NCBI GenBank assembly: GCA_965206645.1
Contig: CBDBKE010000004.1
Span: forward strand, 198,738-262,737
DNA length: 64,000 nt
Origin: Terriglobia bacterium
Lineage (GTDB): Bacteria > Acidobacteriota > Terriglobia > JAJPHL01 > JAPKYU01
Direction of reading: 5' to 3'
Within the stretch, counting starts at the first letter, position 1. Each line of letters starts with the position of its first letter. The notes under the pieces are model-generated. The model was not told the origin of the DNA. It saw only the letters and a program-made list of their open reading frames with translations, and ran no database searches. Shown here one piece after another: positions 38,472 through 49,362 of this stretch. The position numbers and the translations under genes were made by a program.

Positions 38472-39133
38472 TCAACCACCTTGCTCATCGGGGAGTTTGA
38501 CTGCGGTCAGGGATTTGGTGAGCCCCAAGAATCGCTCCCTGTAAATCTGCGCTCCCGGAAACATACAAGCCATCTGGGTGTAGTCCAAAAGCCGAATCTC
38601 CTTGATGAACTCTCGGCAATATTCTGGCGTAGGTCTGGTGACCCATCCCAGGACAGTGAAATTGCGCAGAAGACGCAGCTGCCACTTCTTGGGCAAATAA
38701 TGAATGAAAGGCTAAGGAGATGGGGTTCAAACGGGAACAAGCGATTCGGCGTCTGGACATGGTAGCCAAGGCTAACGCGTGCAATCTCTCGGGCAAACGC
38801 CTCCTGACTGGCTGAGTCTCCAAGATGCTCGATCACCGAGTTGCTGAACACGATGTCAAAAGCCCTGTCTTTAAAAGGCAAACATCTGAGTCTCCAAGAT
38901 GCTCGATCACCGAGGCCATCTGCGATCACACTCGCATCCGCCTCCTCAATCTGCCCTGGAAGGTTCAAGATTGTGAGTCGCGGAGAGATTGGAAGAAGGG
39001 ACCAATTGAAGTCTGTTCCGCCCACATCGAGAATGGTCGTATTTATATTTGCAGAAAACAGTTCTTGAAAATGTCGCATCCTTCTGCTGCGAAAATAACG
39101 AAGAAACGGTTGGTAAAGGTCATGAATATCCAT
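38472..39133 (-). pseudogene. Class I SAM methyltransferase with a 27-nt insertion (38888-38914) and a -1 frameshift near 38712
   Basis: ILDVGG, FDIVFSNSVIEH and QTPNRLFPFEPH; the C-terminus PFIHYLPKKWQ..ERFLGLTKSL is in another frame. Confidence 0.85.
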
Positions 39134-39745
39134 CAGTGCTTTCCTGACCTAGACGCGGCCTCTCCTATGGCCTCGTTGCAGGGCAGACCCTTAGGCTGTT
39201 TGCCTGCATATGAGAGAACAGGGCGCAATGCATCTTCGCTCAGCGACTCATCTCCGGCCTCTCCGTAGACGGCGGGTCCACTGCATAATCTTCACTTCCT
39301 CGGATGCGCTATTCAAGTCTCTTTAAACCGAAAGGCTCCAGGCAGACGTTCCAAGGGAACCTCGTTGATTATAAGCTCAGCGCCTAACAGCGCGCCGGGG
39401 GGTGAGCCTAGGGTGCCGGACTCTTGGACTACCGCTTTCTCTCTAAGCGCGCCTACAATGCCGATTGTCAGTCCAGGAAGGTCCGTCGACGCAGGCCAGT
39501 CATCTTAAGTGCGATTCGCGACACGCAGGAGCTCTGCAAGAAAGACAGCGCGTTCGCTATATTCTCTTTCTTTAATCTTTAGCCTTAGGCCTGGGCAGGG
39601 GGAGCTTTTCGTGCAGCCGCAAGGCTGGGAGATGTAGCGAGCGCACGATAGTTAGGCCGCTGCTCGAAGCCTGAGACTCGTATTGCCTTTGGCGGAAAGT
39701 GCCCGCGGAAGAATCTTCTGCGAGAAAGACAGGGAAGCCAGGAGT

Positions 39746-41107
39746 ATGGCAACACCGTGTCCGCAGCAGTTCGTCAAGTCCCCACCCACCGGATGGGTGG
39801 ATTCCTTGCGCTCAATCGGGCCTGGGCGTGATTATCGTCGCAACAATCGTCGGCAGCGGCGAACTCGTAACGGATCAACCAAAGGACGACAAATCCTACC
39901 TTGGCGCCGAGCAGGGTGGTTCGTTGTTTCGTGCCTGGTCAAGGTGATCATTCAAGAACAGTGGGCCTACTACGTGATCACCTCAGGAGGCACCCTGCTA
40001 GACGCCACTTCCTTTCTTCTCGGCCCACGCGTGCGAGGACTCTCGTTGTGGACCTGGCTACTGTTCCTTTATTTCATCCTCAACATTTTGCCAGCAGCCG
40101 GTGTGGTTGGGATGACGGCGACCACGGCGGCACTGGCGACCGGCGTGGGAAGTGTCTCCTTTTGGGCCCTGGCGCTTACCGCTCTCACCATCGTGTTCCT
40201 GTGGTTCGGCACCTACGCCCGGATCGAAAAACTGTTTATTTTGATGGTCGCGCTGTTTTCGTTTTCCATGTGCATCGCTCTCGCGTTGACGCAGAGCACG
40301 CAGCTAGCCATTCGTTGGTCGGAACTGATTTCCGGGCTACGGTTTGAACTGCCGCCAGCAGGCATGTACATCGCGCTCTCCGCATTCGGCATTACCGGCA
40401 TCGCCACGCCGGAAATTATTTTTTACACCTATTGGTGTCTGGAAAAAGGCTACGGCCGTTACATCGGGCCGCACGAGGAAACTCCGGAGTGGCGGGAGCG
40501 CGCGCGGGGCTGGATTGCCGTCATGCGGAGAGACATCATGCTCTCTGCGGCCATTTACACTCTGATCACGATTGTGTTTTATCTACTGGGGGCGGCCATT
40601 TTGCACCGCACCCGACCCGATGCAGCGAACCTGGAAGGCCTGGACGTTGCCTTGGCGCTCTCGAAGAGTTTCACGGACTCCTTTGGGCAGTGGAGCTTCG
40701 TGATCTTCATGACTGGCGCTTTTTTGGTCCTGTACTCCACCTTTGTCGGCGCCTGCGCGTCCTGGGCGCGCTTCAGTGCCGACTTCTCCAAGAAGCTCGG
40801 CCTGATCTCGGCGACTGATCCTGCTCAGTGGGACCGATGGTGCAAGTGGCTCTCAATCTCCCTGGCCGCAGTTTTCCTGCTGGCATTCTTGCTCATCAGG
40901 ACGCCGGTGGCTCTGATCCTGTTTGGCGGAGTCATGCACGCTGTGTTTCTTCCACTGCTGGGACTTTCAGTGATCTATCTGTTCCACCATCGCGGCCGGC
41001 AAGGTCTGACTCCCGGGTCTCACGTGCGAGTCATCTCGTGGGTCTGCAGCGTCATCATACTCGCGGTTGTGATTTGCACTCTGTATCTGCAGACGGGTGG
41101 CGCCTGA
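39746..41107 (+). pseudogene. Nramp/MntH-like divalent metal transporter with a damaged 5' region
   Basis: SIGPG, then VIIVATIVGSGELV in a shifted frame, TTLLGAKVGFVVLWLI on the reverse strand (39873-39920), then VVSCLVKV and 9-10 further TM helices. The main frame stays open. Confidence 0.75.
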
Positions 41108-41367
41108 CTTGCGTGTGGCAGAAATGTAGCACCGGGGTGCCTTTCCTGGCTCGTCTGGTTCTTTTGGCCTGATGTAGAGAGCTTAACTTACACTTCTTGC
41201 CCAAGTAGTGGAAAAACAAAACTCCCTCTCCGAACCAGTAGTTCGGCGATGTTTCGTTCGCGGACGGGACCAAGGGCCTACGAGAGGCCGGAAACCAACC
41301 GTGTTATAATTGCGTGTGGCCCCAAGGAAAGCGGCCAAGGAAAGCTTGGTTCCCTCCCTCAAACAGA

Positions 41368-42894
41368 ATGGCAATGCTTCCGCAGCTGTCCCTCCGCACG
41401 ATTAGGCTCGCGGTTTCTGCGGCGGGGATTGTTCTTTTCTGCACGCACGCGTTCTGCACGCGCGCGTCCGCCCGCCCGCCGGACCTGCGGACGCTTTACC
41501 AGGAGGCGCGCCAAGCGCAGGTAGCCGGCGACGCCAAGACAGCCATCGAGAAATACGTGCAGATCCTACGCTTGCGTCCCGATTTGGCCGAAATGCATTC
41601 GAATCTCGGGACCCTTTACTACCAGCAGCGTCAAGTGGATGATGCGGTCAAGTCGTTCCAAACGGCCCTCAAGCTGAAGGCCGACTTGGGTGCCCCTAAC
41701 TTTTTCCTGGGTCTAATCGCCTTCAATGCCCGGAAGCACGAAGTCGCGCTGCGGCACTTGAAAAAGTCGGAGGCGCTCGATCCTTCCAATGTCGCCATAC
41801 AGCTATACCTCGGTTACACCTATTATGCGCAGTTCGATTTCCGCAATGCGGCTCTCCATTTGGAGACAGTCGCGAAGCTTGAGCCAGTCAACCAGGACGT
41901 GTTTTACCATTTGAGCAAAGCCTACGGACAACTTGCGAAACAGTTTTTTGGGACCCTGCAGAAGGAGTTTGCGGATTGCTACCACATTCACCTGGCGCGG
42001 GCGCACCTCTACGAAGCGGAAGGCAATTGGGAGAAGGCGGAACTCGCCTACGGGCGGGCTCTTCAGGTGCAGCCAGCGAACGAGCGCCTGAACCAGAAAC
42101 TGCACGCCGTAGCCCAGAAGAAATCCGACCCGTCGGTGGTGAGCACTGTGGGCGCGGTCCCGGACGATTTGGTCGACGGCTCTACCAACTTTCTCTATAA
42201 CCCCCCGCCTGGCGAGAAGATTCAGGAGCTATTGGAACTTTATCGGAATCGCGTGCGCAAGCTCGAAAAAGAGTCGACCAAGTCCAGCGAAACACTCTTC
42301 TTCCTTGCCGAATACCACCAGGCGCTCTCCTATCTCGCTTCGCTTTGGGTTGCCGCGGCCAATCCTGATTCCTACCGTGCGCATCTGCTTCGGGGCCAAT
42401 ATTATGAAGATGCAGGCAAGGATGAAGAGGCGATCCGGGAGTATCAAAGGGCGCTTGAGCTGAAGCCTGACCTGCGGAACGTGCACTTTGCGATCGGAAA
42501 TCTGTACTGGAAAAAAGACCAGGACGACGAGGCTCTTCCTGAGCTGGAAAAGGAGCTGCAGCTCGACCCGAATCACCCGAGCGCTTTGTACGAAATCGCC
42601 GAGATTTTCTATACTCGGGGGCGCCTCGACGAGGCTGAAAAGTACTATCTGCGGAGCCTAGAATACGATCCAAGGATGGTGGAGGCTTATCTAGGTGTAG
42701 AGCGGATTTTCACTTCCAGAGACGAATACCAGAAAGCGCTGCAGTACCTGCACAAAGTAGTTGAGCTAGACGCCGAGAATGCCACTCCGCATTATCGGAT
42801 GGCCACCATCTATCGAAAGATGGGCGACAGCGCAAAAGCGCGAGCGGCATTGAGCCTTTTTCAGAAACTGAAGAAGGGGGACAAGCAACAGTGA
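41368..42894 (+). CDS. Tetratricopeptide repeat protein (secreted)
   Basis: Signal-like N-terminus and many TPRs (AEMHSNLGTLYY, VHFAIGNLYW); extended -10 TGtTATAAT at 41302-41310. Confidence 0.88.
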   Translation: MAMLPQLSLRTIRLAVSAAGIVLFCTHAFCTRASARPPDLRTLYQEARQAQVAGDAKTAIEKYVQILRLRPDLAEMHSNLGTLYYQQRQVDDAVKSFQTALKLKADLGAPNFFLGLIAFNARKHEVALRHLKKSEALDPSNVAIQLYLGYTYYAQFDFRNAALHLETVAKLEPVNQDVFYHLSKAYGQLAKQFFGTLQKEFADCYHIHLARAHLYEAEGNWEKAELAYGRALQVQPANERLNQKLHAVAQKKSDPSVVSTVGAVPDDLVDGSTNFLYNPPPGEKIQELLELYRNRVRKLEKESTKSSETLFFLAEYHQALSYLASLWVAAANPDSYRAHLLRGQYYEDAGKDEEAIREYQRALELKPDLRNVHFAIGNLYWKKDQDDEALPELEKELQLDPNHPSALYEIAEIFYTRGRLDEAEKYYLRSLEYDPRMVEAYLGVERIFTSRDEYQKALQYLHKVVELDAENATPHYRMATIYRKMGDSAKARAALSLFQKLKKGDKQQ

Positions 42895-42991
42895 GTTCCT
42901 GCAAGAGCGAATCGTTCTAGCAAGAGTGAACCGTTCAGGCACGATCTGCCCGACGGCAATCTCGCCCGCCTGCCAGTTGCGTTTTACCGAT

Positions 42992-44056
42992 TCATGTGCC
43001 GACTCCCTTTCCCGCCTGTCGATAACGCTCCAATTTGCGCCGAAACCCAGGGCGCTCGAGCACTCCCGGGTTAACGACGTTGAGCGGCGGTTCCCCCCGG
43101 CTGACCGCCAGCGCTCCCTCGCAGTCGATTCGGCCCATATCGCGAAAACCCTCTTCGGTCCAGCAAACCGAGTGCGAAGTGAGAATCACATTGTCAAGGT
43201 GGAAGAGTGGCGAATCTGGATCGAGTGGCTCTTTCTCGAAAACATCCAGCGCGGCGGCACGCAGCCTCCCGCTCTGCAGGGCGCTAATCAGGGCAGGCTC
43301 ATCCACAATCGGGCCACGAGCTGTGTTGATCAGCACGGCCTCGGGCTTCATCAGGCGCAGTTCACGTTCGCCGATGAGGCGGCGCGTCTCCGGTGTCAAC
43401 GGGCAGTTGACTAGCACGTAGTCGGAAAGCCCGAGCAGCGTGTCCAGCGGAACAAGCTCAACACCAGCAGCAGCCGCATGTTCGGCGGACGCGTAGGGAT
43501 CAAACGCCAGGAACCGGGCGACATCGAAGTTGCGAAGGAGGCGGACCGCTTCCGAAGCGATATTTCCAATCCCGATCGTGCCCACCGTGCGGCCACGAGG
43601 CTCTCGTCCAAGTCGCCGGGTGCTTTCGGTCCAGCGTCTCTGACGAACCAGGTGGTCCTTCCAAACCAGGTTATGGGACAGAGCCAGAACGAATAGAACA
43701 ATGGACTCGGCCACCGGGCGTCGGACACCGGCCGGCGTGATGTACACGGCTACGTCCTGCGCCGTGCAGGCCTCCAGGTCCACGTTGTCGTAGCCGACGC
43801 CGCACCGCCCGACGGCGCACAGCCGCTCCACACCGCGCAGGGAAGCCGCTGTGACGCGAGGCTTACCCGTGATCAGAACGTCGTACCCGGCCAGCTGCTC
43901 GGGAACGTGCTCCGGCCCGTACGGGCTGAGGAATTCGTAGGACACGCTCGGCTCGGCGTCCAGCAGTGACAACCCAATGTCCGGGAAAATGAGCTGTTGC
44001 TTCTCATCCCGAAAGTCGGCGGAAAATGCGATTCGAAATTTGCTTGTATCGCCCAT
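42992..44056 (-). CDS. D-isomer-specific 2-hydroxyacid dehydrogenase (SerA-like)
   Basis: GRCGVGYDNVD, GTIGIGNIA, INTARGPIVDE, ALDVFEKEP and LTSHS motifs. Confidence 0.9.
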   Translation of the reverse strand: MGDTSKFRIAFSADFRDEKQQLIFPDIGLSLLDAEPSVSYEFLSPYGPEHVPEQLAGYDVLITGKPRVTAASLRGVERLCAVGRCGVGYDNVDLEACTAQDVAVYITPAGVRRPVAESIVLFVLALSHNLVWKDHLVRQRRWTESTRRLGREPRGRTVGTIGIGNIASEAVRLLRNFDVARFLAFDPYASAEHAAAAGVELVPLDTLLGLSDYVLVNCPLTPETRRLIGERELRLMKPEAVLINTARGPIVDEPALISALQSGRLRAAALDVFEKEPLDPDSPLFHLDNVILTSHSVCWTEEGFRDMGRIDCEGALAVSRGEPPLNVVNPGVLERPGFRRKLERYRQAGKGVGT

Positions 44057-44169
44057 ACCATCCTCCCGTGAAATCATAGCTCGGATACCGGCTCGTCAAG
44101 AGGTCTATTGGAAACGCCAGCCTCTGCAAGACCTTGACGCCGTGAGGAGTATAATCAGAGGAGACGAGG

Positions 44170-45195
44170 ATGAAAAGCCCTGGGCCATGGAAACAGGCGG
44201 TCTGCTGCGCACTGGTCTCGCTCTGCCTCGGGACAGCAGCGCTGTGGGCACAAACTCCATCTCGGCAGGATTCGCTCGCCCGAGTATCGCAAATGATGGC
44301 CGCGCAACAATGCCGCGAATCCGAGGAACTACTGAACGGGATTCCGGGAAGTTCGTTGGAGACGCGTTTTCGCCTTGCCCGATGCTACGGTAAACGGAAA
44401 GATCTGAAAAAGGCCATGGAGATTCTCGACTCCATCTTGCGCCGGTCCGACTCCTACACTCCGGCAGTCCTGCTTAGAGCCCGAATCCTGTATAACACGG
44501 GAAAATATTATCAATCATTCTTGTCCATGCAGGACTACACGACTCGTGATCCTGAGAACGGGGATGCATGGTTGATTCTCGGATTGAGTCAGTTCATGCT
44601 AAAAAAGAACCAGGACGCCGAAGTCTCACTGCGTCGTGCGACAGAGCTCAGCCCCGGAAGCGGCGAAGCTTTCTACTATATGGGAAGGCTCGCTTATACG
44701 GAGAATGATATGCCTTCGGCATTGCGCGCCTTCCAAAGGGCAGTGGAAATCGAGCCGACCAGCATGAGGGCCCATAACAATCTTGCATTGACGCACGAGG
44801 CATTAGCGCAGTTTGACCTTGCGCGAGCGGCTTATCTGAAGGCCATTGAGCTGGAGCAGAAGCAGGCGGTCAAATCCGAATGGCCTTATTTTAACCTCGG
44901 TGCACTGCGCTTCAAAGAGGGTCACCCCCAGGAAGCCATCGATTACGTCAAGGAAGCCCTCTTGCGAAAACCGGGGTGGGCCAAAGCGAAGGTGAAACTG
45001 GCCATTGCATTGGCCGCAGTGGGAAATCTGGCCGGCGCTCGTGCTCAGCTGGAAGCGGTCCTCCGCTCAGACGCTCGGAACGCTGACGCCCATTATCAGC
45101 TCGCTCTGGTCTTGGTCCGCGTGGGTGAAAAGGAGCTGGCGGATCAACATTTCACTCGGTTCAACAAATTCCGACAATCAAGTAGCCGGCGTTAG
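44170..45195 (+). CDS. Tetratricopeptide repeat protein (secreted)
   Basis: Signal peptide and TPR motifs (AWLILGLSQF, AFYYMGRL, AHYQLALVL). Confidence 0.85.
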   Translation: MKSPGPWKQAVCCALVSLCLGTAALWAQTPSRQDSLARVSQMMAAQQCRESEELLNGIPGSSLETRFRLARCYGKRKDLKKAMEILDSILRRSDSYTPAVLLRARILYNTGKYYQSFLSMQDYTTRDPENGDAWLILGLSQFMLKKNQDAEVSLRRATELSPGSGEAFYYMGRLAYTENDMPSALRAFQRAVEIEPTSMRAHNNLALTHEALAQFDLARAAYLKAIELEQKQAVKSEWPYFNLGALRFKEGHPQEAIDYVKEALLRKPGWAKAKVKLAIALAAVGNLAGARAQLEAVLRSDARNADAHYQLALVLVRVGEKELADQHFTRFNKFRQSSSRR

Positions 45196-45366
45196 CAGCG
45201 GACCATTCTTCCAGTCGCGAATGTGCCTGCCCGTGACCGTCCGTAGGTAGGTCTGTGGCTTCCGACCTGATTCTTGCTTTATTTATATCCCCTGTGCTTT
45301 GGTGAGTTACCTAACGGACGGGGCGATTCGTCTATCGACTTCTGTCCTGGGATATTCGTCGCCGGA

Positions 45367-46728
45367 CTAAATCAGCCCTTTTATAGGCTGAGCAGTTGTA
45401 TCATCAATCGAGTTGGCGATCTTGATCGGTCGACCGATGGAGGTCATATACTCTTTGTGCCAGTCAATGCCGAGTGCCTTGTACACGGTCGCAAAGACGT
45501 CTCCGATCGTCACCATCCGGTCTTCGACGTAGGCGCCCTTCGAATCGCTGGCGCCGATAACCTGGCCGCCCTGGAGGCCACCGCCTCCTAACACCATGGA
45601 CCAGCAGTGAGGCCAGTGGTCGCGCCCATTGTTGGGATTGATATGGGGAGTCCGGCCGAATTCCCCCATCGCAACGACGAGGGTAGATTCCAACAGTCCC
45701 CTCTGCTCGAGGTCTTCCAGGAGGGTGGACAGGGCCTGATCCAAATGAGGAACCAGTTTCCGATGTCCTTCCTGGTTGGCTGAATGGAAGTCCCAGGAGT
45801 TGAACGTGTATCCTGCCGCCGTTACAAAACGGCTGCCTGCCTCCACAAGCCTCCGGGCCAGCAACACACTTTGGCCAAAACCGTTGCGGCCGTATGCATC
45901 TTTTACCTTTTCCGGTTCGTTCGAGAGATCGAAAGCTTCCTTCACGGACTGGGACAAGATCATTCTGAGGGCCTGTTCCGTAAAGTTGTCCATGGCGGCA
46001 TGCTCGGCACGGCTAACTTTTTCCCGGTAGATCTCATCGACAATGTTGAGAAGCGAACGTCGGTGCCCTAAGCGTTCAACGGAGATTCCCTTTGGCAGTT
46101 TCAGGTCAGGAACCTCAAAGTCTCTTTGTGTCGGACAGACGCCACTTTTCGGCTTCACGCATACGTTCGGGTCGGACAGCATCAAAGGGTCGTACTCGGG
46201 ACCAAGGAAAGCGGCCTTAAAAGGCCTCTCGTACGTCGCTATATCCCGCTCCCATTTGGGAGCTAGGACGTAGGAAGGAACATTGTTGCGTCCGCCCAAT
46301 TCCTTGCCAACGATTGAGCCCAGGCTGGGAAACTCCATCGCTGGGTTCGGTCGATGGCCTGTCACCGCGTAGTAGGTGGCTTCTGTGTGGTTCAGTTCCA
46401 AGGTGTGAAGGGAGCGAATAATGGACAACTTGTCCATGTGCCGGGCCACTCGCGGGAGCAGTTCGGAAATCTGGATTCCCGCTACATTCGTGGAGATCGG
46501 CCGAAACGCGCTGTTGGACTTTGGATCCCACATATCGATCTGACTCGGTCCGCCCTCCAGCCAGAGCATGATGCAGGCCTGAGCCTTCCCCTTGGAAGTT
46601 GGCAGCAAGCTCCTGGCTTCCAGATACTGCTGCAGCCCGATGCCTAAGAAAGTCAAGCTACCCACCCGCAGAAATGCTCGGCGGCTCAGATTTTCTTCGG
46701 TGCGGTGCAAACAACCTACTTTTTCCAT
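45367..46728 (-). CDS. DUF1501 domain protein (Tat-exported)
   Basis: SRRAFL, LWLEGGPSQIDMWDPK and GEFGRTP..GRDHWP motifs. Confidence 0.92.
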   Translation of the reverse strand: MEKVGCLHRTEENLSRRAFLRVGSLTFLGIGLQQYLEARSLLPTSKGKAQACIMLWLEGGPSQIDMWDPKSNSAFRPISTNVAGIQISELLPRVARHMDKLSIIRSLHTLELNHTEATYYAVTGHRPNPAMEFPSLGSIVGKELGGRNNVPSYVLAPKWERDIATYERPFKAAFLGPEYDPLMLSDPNVCVKPKSGVCPTQRDFEVPDLKLPKGISVERLGHRRSLLNIVDEIYREKVSRAEHAAMDNFTEQALRMILSQSVKEAFDLSNEPEKVKDAYGRNGFGQSVLLARRLVEAGSRFVTAAGYTFNSWDFHSANQEGHRKLVPHLDQALSTLLEDLEQRGLLESTLVVAMGEFGRTPHINPNNGRDHWPHCWSMVLGGGGLQGGQVIGASDSKGAYVEDRMVTIGDVFATVYKALGIDWHKEYMTSIGRPIKIANSIDDTTAQPIKGLI

Positions 46729-46756
46729 TGGTATCTCCTTTGCTGCCAGCTGCCCA

Positions 46757-49342
46757 TCAGTGGTTCTCGGCGAATTCTCGAGAACTGACCAGCGCCCAAG
46801 TCAAGTCCTGGATGGTTTCTTTGCGCGAGGATCCCTGAGATATGACCCTCAGTAGCTTCGCTTTTTCCTTCTCCGCCGGGAACCGGGAGAGGGCGAGCAA
46901 GTAGAGCTCTTCGATCATCTCGGCGTCCGAACGACCGGTTTTCAGTAGCTGATCAACCCGCCCACCTGGCCTGGAGATCTTATCCGTGTAGGTTGAGCCT
47001 ACCAGGAGGTGTAACGCCTGCACCAGATTGGGCGCGACCTTTCGCTCCGGCACCGAGTAACGGAGTGAACGTCCGTACATGTCGGAAAACCGGTGGGGGT
47101 AGATGTCGGACTCCCTCAGGTTAATTGCTCTGGTGCCCGGCGGTGCTGTTCCCGGGTAGTCATTATCCGTGCGGTGCTCGAAAATCTCGGGCGCTCCCGT
47201 AACGTGGGAAATCGCATCCAACAGAACTTCGGCGTCCAGAGCCCGGGGAATGCTATGGGAATAGTTTATATGGTCGTCCCGATTCGTTTCATTGGGCTGG
47301 CTGCTGAGCTGATACGTTCTGGAACTCACAATCTTACGCATGAGATCCTTCAAATCGTATCCATGTTCACGAAAGTCCTCGGCCAGTGCTCTCAGAAGGT
47401 CGGGGTGTGTTGGGGGATTGGTAGACAAAAAATCGTCTACCGGCTCGACAATTCCTCGCGAGAAGAAATGACCCCACATCCGGTTGACCGTTGCTTCGGC
47501 AAAGTAGGGATGAGAAGTCATCCATTTCGCCAGTTCCAACCGCAAGTCTTCCCGCTTCGTTGCCGGCAGAACTTCCCGGTCAAAAAATGTCGGCTGAACT
47601 TCCATCTTCGTGCGAGGATGTAGGGTTTTTCGGCTCTTCCCCTTTTCCCCATAAGCAACTTCTACCCCCTTAGTGTCGTCATACAGCACCGAACCGTACG
47701 CATCATCCTGAGGACCAAACTTGACGATGTTCATCCGGCCGAAGAAAGCAGCCAGGCCCCAAAACTGATTCTGGCTCCAGGCCTCAAATGGGTGGTTGTG
47801 GCACTGAGCGCAGTCCAGCCGGCGGCCCATGAAAACCCGAACCTCCTCGGCCATCCGGGTTTCGGGATCCTTAGCGGTAAACCCAAAGTAGTGCCGCGAC
47901 GGACCATTGTAGCCTTGTGCCGCAAGGCGTTCGCGGGCCATCTGATCGTAGGGCTTGTTCTCTGTGATGCTGTCTCGGATCCATTCCCAATAGGTCTCAG
48001 CAAATCTTCCATTCACCCCTTGCGCATAGCGCGCCACTCTGAAGAGGTCCGCGAACCGAAACGTCCAGTAGTCGACGTACTCGGGAGTGTTCAGCAGCGC
48101 TTCAATCAGTTTGTCTCGCTTTCCAGGATCCTTACCGGTGAGGAATTCCCGGACCCGCGCGGGAGGAGGCAGTGTCCCGGTCAGGTCAAGACACACCCGC
48201 CGGATAAACTCCTCGTCGCTGGAGAGCTCGGAGGGGACGATACTGAACTTCTGCAGCTTCGCGAAAACGTACTTGTCAACGAAGTTGTTGCGCGGTACCT
48301 CCGGATAGTTCGATAAGAGCTTTGAAATGACTCCGACCCTGACGCTTACCGTCCGTCCTGCCGCCCGGATCAGCACCGGTGTCTCGCCGGTCCTTGCGGC
48401 TTCGACCAAACCACGAGATGTGACTTTCACCACCTCCGGGTTGCTAGAAGTGTACCGGACTTGATCCGTAAGATCTTCCCGCTGACCGTTGGAAAGCCGG
48501 GCGCTGACCAGGAGTTGGTGCTTACCGTTCGGGTCGAGGACAACCTCTTTGGGAAATGCCTCCAATCTTTCAATGCTGACCGTTTTGGAATCTTCCGCGC
48601 CATAAGGGGCGCCATTGCGAATCCAGGTGAGAATTACTTCATAATCGCGGGAGCCAACCTTGAATCGCTCGCCCCCGCCATGCGGCACAGTGAAAGTGGG
48701 CTTCTGCAGCAACAAACTCTTTTCGGGTTCCTTCGAATCGACCCGCGGAACCCTGGTCCCCGGATCCGGGCTCAACACCTGATACGTGCCCCCCTCCACA
48801 ATCCATTCGTAATCCTCTCGAGGGTCCAGACCGCCTAAGGAAAGTTTGAATCCTCCCCTACCCTTGACTCCGCCGTGGCAACCACTGTCGTTGCATCCCT
48901 TCCTGGTAAAGATCCCGACGATCGCCCGTGGGAAACTAAATGGCCACTCTTCCTGCGAACTCTCCACGCGGATGCCAGTGCTTGCAGAGCGTCCGCCGAC
49001 GGAAGCAGTTAATACAGCCTTCCCGTCAGCCACCCCGATCACCCGTCCTATGGACTCAACCTTAGCTATCCGTGGTTTTGAGATCGAAAATCGGCTTGTG
49101 CTCGTGAGATCGCGCTCGAGGCCGTCGGCGTATTTCCCCAGCACGAGAAATCGCTGCGATGCCTTAGCTCTCCACAGTGTTGGATTCTCCGGCACCAGAC
49201 GTAGCGACAGCAGCTTGGCTGTCCCGGCAGAGCCGGACTGAGGCTTTTTTGTCCCAGCACTGACTGCAGGGACGCCCCAGGAATTCAGAACTAGCGTCCC
49301 AGCCAGAGCCAACCAGCCAAACCTACCGTTCCGTCTTTCCAT
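46757..49342 (-). CDS. DUF1549/DUF1553 domain protein with Ig-like domains
   Basis: GCNDSGCHGG..GGFKLSL, FIRRVCLDLTG.LP, CAQCHNHP and VNRMWGHFFSRGIVEPVDDF motifs. Confidence 0.9.
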   Translation of the reverse strand: MERRNGRFGWLALAGTLVLNSWGVPAVSAGTKKPQSGSAGTAKLLSLRLVPENPTLWRAKASQRFLVLGKYADGLERDLTSTSRFSISKPRIAKVESIGRVIGVADGKAVLTASVGGRSASTGIRVESSQEEWPFSFPRAIVGIFTRKGCNDSGCHGGVKGRGGFKLSLGGLDPREDYEWIVEGGTYQVLSPDPGTRVPRVDSKEPEKSLLLQKPTFTVPHGGGERFKVGSRDYEVILTWIRNGAPYGAEDSKTVSIERLEAFPKEVVLDPNGKHQLLVSARLSNGQREDLTDQVRYTSSNPEVVKVTSRGLVEAARTGETPVLIRAAGRTVSVRVGVISKLLSNYPEVPRNNFVDKYVFAKLQKFSIVPSELSSDEEFIRRVCLDLTGTLPPPARVREFLTGKDPGKRDKLIEALLNTPEYVDYWTFRFADLFRVARYAQGVNGRFAETYWEWIRDSITENKPYDQMARERLAAQGYNGPSRHYFGFTAKDPETRMAEEVRVFMGRRLDCAQCHNHPFEAWSQNQFWGLAAFFGRMNIVKFGPQDDAYGSVLYDDTKGVEVAYGEKGKSRKTLHPRTKMEVQPTFFDREVLPATKREDLRLELAKWMTSHPYFAEATVNRMWGHFFSRGIVEPVDDFLSTNPPTHPDLLRALAEDFREHGYDLKDLMRKIVSSRTYQLSSQPNETNRDDHINYSHSIPRALDAEVLLDAISHVTGAPEIFEHRTDNDYPGTAPPGTRAINLRESDIYPHRFSDMYGRSLRYSVPERKVAPNLVQALHLLVGSTYTDKISRPGGRVDQLLKTGRSDAEMIEELYLLALSRFPAEKEKAKLLRVISQGSSRKETIQDLTWALVSSREFAENH

Positions 49343-49362
49343 TACAAGTTCCTCTAAACTTT

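Noticed and set aside
45236-45321. Imperfect 13-14 bp inverted repeat between the convergent TPR and DUF1501 genes
   Set aside because: Single copy, long loop and no target duplication; at most a terminator-like structure.
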